The translations under genes were made by a program, and so were the position numbers. 64,000 nucleotides of DNA from Myxococcales bacterium. Lineage in GTDB: Bacteria > Myxococcota_A > Polyangia > Polyangiales > DASUME01. The notes under the pieces are model-generated. The model worked only from the letters and a program-made list of their open reading frames with translations. It was not told where the DNA came from and made no database searches. Shown here piece by piece: positions 59,151 through 64,000 of this stretch. The stretch is from NCBI GenBank assembly GCA_047601445.1, contig JASGJH010000001.1:864001-928000 (forward strand). Reading direction: 5' to 3'. The stretch's first letter is position 1; every line of letters begins with the position of its first letter.

Positions 59151-59837
59151 TCAATCCATGAACAGGACTTTGCCGCGCAGTAGCGAGGCCCTCACGGGGC
59201 CGAAAGCACGGCTGTCGTTCGAGCGGGTGCGGTGATCGCCCAGCACGTAGATGTGATCGTCGGGGACGCGCACCGGCGGCAGCGTCTGACCCCACTCGAG
59301 CGAGCGGCTGATGCGCCAGTGGTGGGCGTCGGAGGACTCCGTGTAGGTCTCACAGATGGCGTAGCGGCTACGGAAGCGGCCGGGCGGGCAGGCGTGCGGC
59401 CCATCGTTGGTGAGCAGAGCGCCGTTGCGGTAGATGGCGTCGTTGCGCACTTCGATCACGTCACCGGGCAGGCCGATCACGCGCTTCACGAGATCTTCCG
59501 AAGGGTCCTGTGGGCTTGCCAGGATCACCACGTCGCCCACGTCGGGGAGCGCCCAGCTCACGATGGCGTCGGCGAGCCAGGGCAACGCCAGACCGTAGGC
59601 ACAGCGCGCGACGAAGAGCTTCTCACCCGTGAGCAACGTCGGCTCCATGGAGGGCCCGTCGACTTCGTAGGCCTGGGCGATACCCACGCGCACCGCCACC
59701 GCAAGGCTCAGCGAGACCACCAGGGTCTTGGCCAGGTCCCACAGGCGCTCGACCGTGGTGGGGCCAGCATGCGTGGTGATCGCCGGATCGGGGACCGGCG
59801 TATCGTTTGGCTCGCTGTCGTCGCGCTGTGATTCCAT
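59151..59837 (-). CDS. lepB: Signal peptidase I
   Basis: GPSMEPTL, DLVKRVIGLPGD, VLGDHRTRSNDSRAFG. Confidence 0.95.
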   Translation of the reverse strand: MESQRDDSEPNDTPVPDPAITTHAGPTTVERLWDLAKTLVVSLSLAVAVRVGIAQAYEVDGPSMEPTLLTGEKLFVARCAYGLALPWLADAIVSWALPDVGDVVILASPQDPSEDLVKRVIGLPGDVIEVRNDAIYRNGALLTNDGPHACPPGRFRSRYAICETYTESSDAHHWRISRSLEWGQTLPPVRVPDDHIYVLGDHRTRSNDSRAFGPVRASLLRGKVLFMD

Positions 59838-59947
59838 CGATTTTCCGTTCAGGAGCCCGCGTTTCACCAGGCGAGCTACTCGAGATTTTGTTGCGTGACG
59901 CCGGGCGTGGGTGCTCCGAGCCGGCTCACTCCCGCGACACGCGCGGA

Positions 59948-60124
59948 TTAGCGGCGGCCCTTGAAGCCCATCATGCCTTGAACCACGGATTCACTCTGTT
60001 TGGCGACTTCGTGCTCTTCGCGGGCACGGTCGGCGCAGTCTTCGCAGAGCTTCTTGGCGCGCCCGTCGACCTTGACGCTGACCAACTCGTCGACCTCATC
60101 CCCACAGCTACGACAGACCGGCAT
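59948..60124 (-). CDS. Small zinc-ribbon protein (58 aa)
   Basis: MPVCRSCGDEVDELVSVKVDGRAKKLCEDCAD...; two CxxC motifs; GGAG RBS upstream. Confidence 0.75.
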   Translation of the reverse strand: MPVCRSCGDEVDELVSVKVDGRAKKLCEDCADRAREEHEVAKQSESVVQGMMGFKGRR

Positions 60125-60271
60125 TGGCGCTCCACTTCCCCGGAAACCAATGAGAAGCATGCACGTTTTCTGGGCATTTGAACAGGCACCGCCGGTGTTC
60201 ATCGGGCATTGCTCCGGGGTGGGAGAAGCGCTGCAAGTGGCCCACTCGAGGGTAGGCTAAGCTGGCACCGC

Positions 60272-61108
60272 GTGACGCTCGCACCTGGTTTCGTCCGGTT
60301 ATCGATACGACCTCTCCCGAGCTGGCTCGACGTGAGCCGGCTGCTTGGGCGTGAGCCCGAGGAACTCGCGCCGCTCGGGGAAGGCGAGTTCTCGGCGACA
60401 CTGGTCCTGCCGAGTTCCGAGGCCGCCCTGATTGCAGCTCGGCTGCGTGCGCTGGGGCTCGACGGCAAGCCTCTGGAAGTGATGGCGAAGCCAGCCCTCG
60501 GGCGCAGCGCGGTGCGAGCGGGTCGGCTGGCCGAGGCGCGTGAGCGCAGGGTCACCACACCAGGCTTCTTGCGTGCGGGCGCGCGCGCCACCGGGGAAGG
60601 GCGCTATTCGCTGACGCCGGAGGCGCTGGCCCTTCGGTTGGGCGAGCTGGCTGCAGGTCGCAGCGTGGTCGAGGCCTGCGTCGGAAGTGGCGGCAACAGC
60701 GTTGGATTCGCGAGGGCGGGCTGCCGGGTGCGGGGCTTCGACGTGGATGCGGAGCGCCTGGCGGAGGCCCGCCACAACACCCAGGTCTATGGGGTGGCCC
60801 AGCGCGTGGAGCTGGTCCAGGCAGATGCCCTCAGCGCCGTGCCCGGCGAGCGGGCCGAGATCCTGTTCGTGGATCCCCCCTGGGGGGGTGAAACCTACGA
60901 TAAGCGCTACTCGGACCGCACGACCTTCCCGCTGCTGGACCAGCTCTTGGCCCAGGATCTCTCCGGCTATCGCGAGGTCTGGATCAAGGTGCCAAACTCG
61001 TTTCGGGTGGCCAGCGTGGACGGGGCGCGGGCCGAGGCCTGGTTCGGCGAGGCGGCCGGGGACCGTCACCGCATCAAGTTCGTGCTGCTGCGACGTGAGC
61101 AGCGCTGA
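60272..61108 (+). CDS. TGS1-like (RNA cap guanine-N2) class I SAM-dependent methyltransferase
   Basis: EGRYSLTPEALA, VVEACVGSGGNSVGFA, FDVD..RLAEARHNTQVYGV, LFVDPPWGG. Start estimated (ORF is open from 60209). Confidence 0.8.
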   Translation: MTLAPGFVRLSIRPLPSWLDVSRLLGREPEELAPLGEGEFSATLVLPSSEAALIAARLRALGLDGKPLEVMAKPALGRSAVRAGRLAEARERRVTTPGFLRAGARATGEGRYSLTPEALALRLGELAAGRSVVEACVGSGGNSVGFARAGCRVRGFDVDAERLAEARHNTQVYGVAQRVELVQADALSAVPGERAEILFVDPPWGGETYDKRYSDRTTFPLLDQLLAQDLSGYREVWIKVPNSFRVASVDGARAEAWFGEAAGDRHRIKFVLLRREQR

Positions 61109-61263
61109 AGCGAAGAGTATTCCGAGAGCATTGCCGACGGTTGCCTGCTCGAGGGTGCAGGGGTAGGCTTCGCCGCCGATTCGTTCGGATAGTCAGAAAA
61201 CACACCCTTTACTGGACCGGCAGGCAGGGGCCGACGGGCCCAGACGGCGTGAGAGGACAAGAA

Positions 61264-61545
61264 GTGGCCAAGAAGAAACGCGGAAGATTCAACGAGGACG
61301 CGTTCGCCGCTGATGGCGAAGACGAGGACGTACGCGACGACCACGTCAAGCTCGATGGCGTGGTCACGCAGGTGTTCGCGGGCGGTCAGTTCGAGGTCAA
61401 CACGGATGCAGGCGCCGTCGTTCGCGCGCGCCTTTGCGGTCGCATGCGCAAGTACCGCATCCGCGTGATCCTTGGCGACAGGGTGACGGTGGCCCTTTCG
61501 CCCTACGACCTTAGCCACGGGATGATCGTCTTCCGCGCCAAGTGA
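61264..61545 (+). CDS. infA: Translation initiation factor IF-1 with N-terminal extension
   Basis: LDGVVTQVFAGGQFEV, LCGRMRKYRIRVILGDRVTVALSPYDLSHGMIVFR; GAGGA RBS upstream of GTG. Confidence 0.93.
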   Translation: MAKKKRGRFNEDAFAADGEDEDVRDDHVKLDGVVTQVFAGGQFEVNTDAGAVVRARLCGRMRKYRIRVILGDRVTVALSPYDLSHGMIVFRAK

Positions 61546-61757
61546 AGAGGGGCTCGCGCCGGGCGCCCGTCGGTCGTGTGGACCGCGCGCTCGAGGCTGC
61601 GGGAACTCACGATGGCGGCCCTGCGGCTGTCCCACGCGCCACCACAGTGCAAGCGCGCGTAGGTCGATGCAGAAAAAACAACAAGCCGCAATACAAAACG
61701 ACTGCGCAATGTAAGGCATAAGCGCGGTACGATCGCCGTTGAGGCGGACAACGGTCG

Positions 61758-62849
61758 ATGGGTGTTCCGAAGGGCGAGGGTAGGTCGCGGGGCTCGCGGT
61801 CCAAGGCGGACCGGCGGGCCGAAGGCACGCGCCAGGGGTCGAAGTCGGGCACCATCGAGCGCAGTGAGATCGAGGAAGTAGAAGCAGTGGGTTCCAAGGG
61901 GTACGAGGGGCAAGGGCGCAGCAGCACTGCGGTGCTGGAGCGGGTGGTGGAAGCGCCGCCCCTCGAGATGCTCGAGGCCGCTCCGACCCAGCTGCCCGAC
62001 GACTCCGCGAACTCGAACCACCGCGCCGACATGGTGTTGTACGCGCCGCCTCCACTGGCATTGCCCAGCGGCGATTCGCCGGAGGTCTCGCGCGGAAGCC
62101 GCGAGCACACGCAACGCCTGGAGTCCGCCTCCGTGCTCGATGCGCCGGCGTCGATGACGGAGAGCGTGTCGCCGCCTAAGCAGAACTCCTGGGCGCTCAA
62201 GGCCTGGGTGGCGGCGATGCTGAGCATCATCGCTGCGGCCGGTATCGTCGCGCTGCGAGAGCAAGGCGCGCGACCGTCGTCGTCGGAGCCGGCGGCCGAG
62301 CTGAGTCCGAGCGTGCCGGCGGCACCGAATGCGGGGCCATCTCAAGTCGTTTCGCCGGTCGTCGGCACTGCTGGCAGCACGGGGGTTACCGCCGTCGCGC
62401 CCGTGGTTCCGGGCGTGAGCGCGCCCGCGGCCACGCCGCCGGCGCTTCCGGCAACCGCCGAGAGCGAGGCTGAACCCGACCCCGATTCGCCGGAGGGGCG
62501 AGCCAAGGCGCGGCGCGCTGCGCGTCGTGAGGCCGCGGAGCTCGCGGCAGCGGAGGCAGCCGCCGCGGCCGTGGTCGCCGACGCCTCCAAGGTGAGTGCC
62601 ACTTTGGCGACCAGGCCGCCGCCGCCGAGTCCCTCCGAGAAGGCATTCGAAACCACCGAGCCCAAACCTGCGGAGAAGACGCCTGAGAAGACGTCCGCGC
62701 CGCCTGAGGCCGCCGCGGCACCCGCACCAGCACCGGCCCCCGCGGAGGTCGCTGGGCCCGCTCCGGCAGCGCCGCGCGAGCCGAGCGCACCGATGCCGCA
62801 GATCCCGGGCAATCCGTACGGAAGCGACGACGCCACCGGCACGCCCTGA
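61758..62849 (+). CDS. Single-pass membrane protein with Pro/Ala-rich regions
   Basis: One TM (WVAAMLSIIAAAGIVAL) with low-complexity flanks; C-terminal PGNPY. Confidence 0.6.
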   Translation: MGVPKGEGRSRGSRSKADRRAEGTRQGSKSGTIERSEIEEVEAVGSKGYEGQGRSSTAVLERVVEAPPLEMLEAAPTQLPDDSANSNHRADMVLYAPPPLALPSGDSPEVSRGSREHTQRLESASVLDAPASMTESVSPPKQNSWALKAWVAAMLSIIAAAGIVALREQGARPSSSEPAAELSPSVPAAPNAGPSQVVSPVVGTAGSTGVTAVAPVVPGVSAPAATPPALPATAESEAEPDPDSPEGRAKARRAARREAAELAAAEAAAAAVVADASKVSATLATRPPPPSPSEKAFETTEPKPAEKTPEKTSAPPEAAAAPAPAPAPAEVAGPAPAAPREPSAPMPQIPGNPYGSDDATGTP

Positions 62850-62877
62850 CGCGCCACCTGACCCGGGCCAACAACCC

Positions 62878-63495
62878 TCAGGGCGAGGTGTGGAGCGAGA
62901 GCGTCAGTACCGCGACGCCGTGCTCGTCGAAGTCGGCATACAGCGCGCGCGTGCCCAGGTTGAGCAACTGATCCTCTGGGGTTCCTTCGTCGGCACGTAG
63001 CGGAGGTGTCAGCCTGCCGTGCTCGTCGACCAACACGCCGGTCTCACGGATCACTTCGAGCATCGAAGCCATCGCGGGGTCCGACGCCGACAACGACTTG
63101 CGCGAGGCGACCACCACCAGCTGCGCTTCGCCCGAAGCGCGCGTCAACAGGCCCCGAGGCGCCTGAAAGATCGCCTGTCTCACCGGGCGCCCGGAGTCCG
63201 TGCGCAGCACCTCCCCGGTCTGCCCGTCTGGGGTCACGAAAATCATGCGCACGTAGCAGTCCACCGAGACCTCTACGCTGGCCCACAGCGTATCGGCCCC
63301 GGTGAGCACCTGTCCGGGACACAACGGATTCTTGTCGCCGGTGCGATCCGCCGCCAAATACACGTGCAGCGCGTGTCCGTGGTCGGCCTGGATGACGCCG
63401 CAGCCATCGTCCTTGCGCGGGACGAGCGCCACGCTGCCTGCGCAAGCGCACACGAGCGTCGAGAGCGCGTATACGAGCCGCCACCTGGTCCGCAT
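62878..63495 (-). CDS. Hypothetical lipoprotein (DUF4384-like Ig-type region possible)
   Basis: Signal peptide with CAC; DTLWASVEVSVDCYVRMIFVTPDG, QLVVVASRKSL. Confidence 0.55.
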   Translation of the reverse strand: MRTRWRLVYALSTLVCACAGSVALVPRKDDGCGVIQADHGHALHVYLAADRTGDKNPLCPGQVLTGADTLWASVEVSVDCYVRMIFVTPDGQTGEVLRTDSGRPVRQAIFQAPRGLLTRASGEAQLVVVASRKSLSASDPAMASMLEVIRETGVLVDEHGRLTPPLRADEGTPEDQLLNLGTRALYADFDEHGVAVLTLSLHTSP

Positions 63496-63569
63496 CCGCC
63501 GCGCATCATAGCGAGTCTCGCCCGTGGCGGATATGGGGCTCTCGGGGTCGCCTTGTCCGCAGTCGCCGC

Positions 63570-64000
63570 TCAGAACTCGGCGCGCACGCCGAGGTTGGGG
63601 ATGGAGATCGGCGTGACTGCCGTGGCGATGCAGCGTCCGAGCAAGCAGTCCGCGTCGAGGTACTCCTTACGCACCAGCATGTTCAGCCACTCGAAGTAAG
63701 CGAGCATGTTGGCAAAGCGACCCGGCCAGCGATATCCGATGCGCATGTCGAGGCGCACGAACCAGGGCAAGCGCTGTGCATAGCTCGGGTTGAGCTGCTC
63801 GATCAGACGTCCGGAGCGCGCCGAGAAGCGTCCCCCGAGCTCGAGGTGACGCCAGATGCGCCATTGCAGCACCGTATTCAACACGTGGCGCACGTCGAAG
63901 TCCGGCTTGAACTTGCCGATCACCTCGGGCCCGCTGTCGGCTTCCGCCCAGCCCAGCGTGTAGCTGATCCAGCCCGTCAGGTCCTTGTCGAGATTGCGCT
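63570..64000 (-). CDS. TonB-dependent receptor, C-terminal part (truncated by window edge)
   Basis: LTGWISYTLGWAE, FDVRHVLN, RLPWFVRLDMRIGY, terminal PNLGVRAEF. Confidence 0.88.
   Translation of the reverse strand, partial: RNLDKDLTGWISYTLGWAEADSGPEVIGKFKPDFDVRHVLNTVLQWRIWRHLELGGRFSARSGRLIEQLNPSYAQRLPWFVRLDMRIGYRWPGRFANMLAYFEWLNMLVRKEYLDADCLLGRCIATAVTPISIPNLGVRAEF

Noticed and set aside
60272..61108. DPPW methyltransferase as the GATC DNA methylase
   Set aside because: Motif context (YSLTPE, GGN, VYG, PPWGG) is TGS1-like; no Dam-type target-recognition domain is evident.
1..64000. Mobile elements, prophage, tRNA/rRNA, CRISPR-Cas or known defence systems
   Set aside because: No transposase, integrase, phage, cas or RNA-gene signatures were recognised by eye; an Infernal/tRNAscan/DefenseFinder run would be needed to exclude them formally.

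Overview
A gene-dense, GC-rich chromosomal window that looks myxobacterial (Myxococcota, probably Polyangia-like). This is inferred from the Cys-rich and DAG-repeat lipoproteins, a DUF1592/DUF1552 pair, a Hanks-type Ser/Thr kinase and a myxobacterial-type TonB-dependent receptor. About 55 CDS are supportable. They include an imuA-imuB-dnaE2 mutasome cassette with a candidate LexA-controlled promoter, a cobamide nucleotide-loop cluster (cobS-cobU-cbiB-cobD) followed by a UbiD-family gene, an AmmeMemoRadiSam pair, lemA with two TPM genes, GT4 plus GH57, kup, pyk, trmO, lepB and an IF-1. I saw no rRNA, tRNA, CRISPR array, transposase or integrase. Three observations stand out. (1) A methyltransferase matches the eukaryotic cap trimethylguanosine synthase TGS1 motif for motif and lies just upstream of an N-terminally extended IF-1. 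(2) All five frameshifts I found are repaired by a single-base change at a GATC, which suggests methylation-associated sequencing errors (and so GATC methylation) rather than true pseudogenes. (3) A sigma70 promoter with a Myxococcus-type SOS box in its spacer, plus a structured intergenic region, precedes imuA. All calls come from motif recognition by eye; no database searches were run, and several start codons are estimates.
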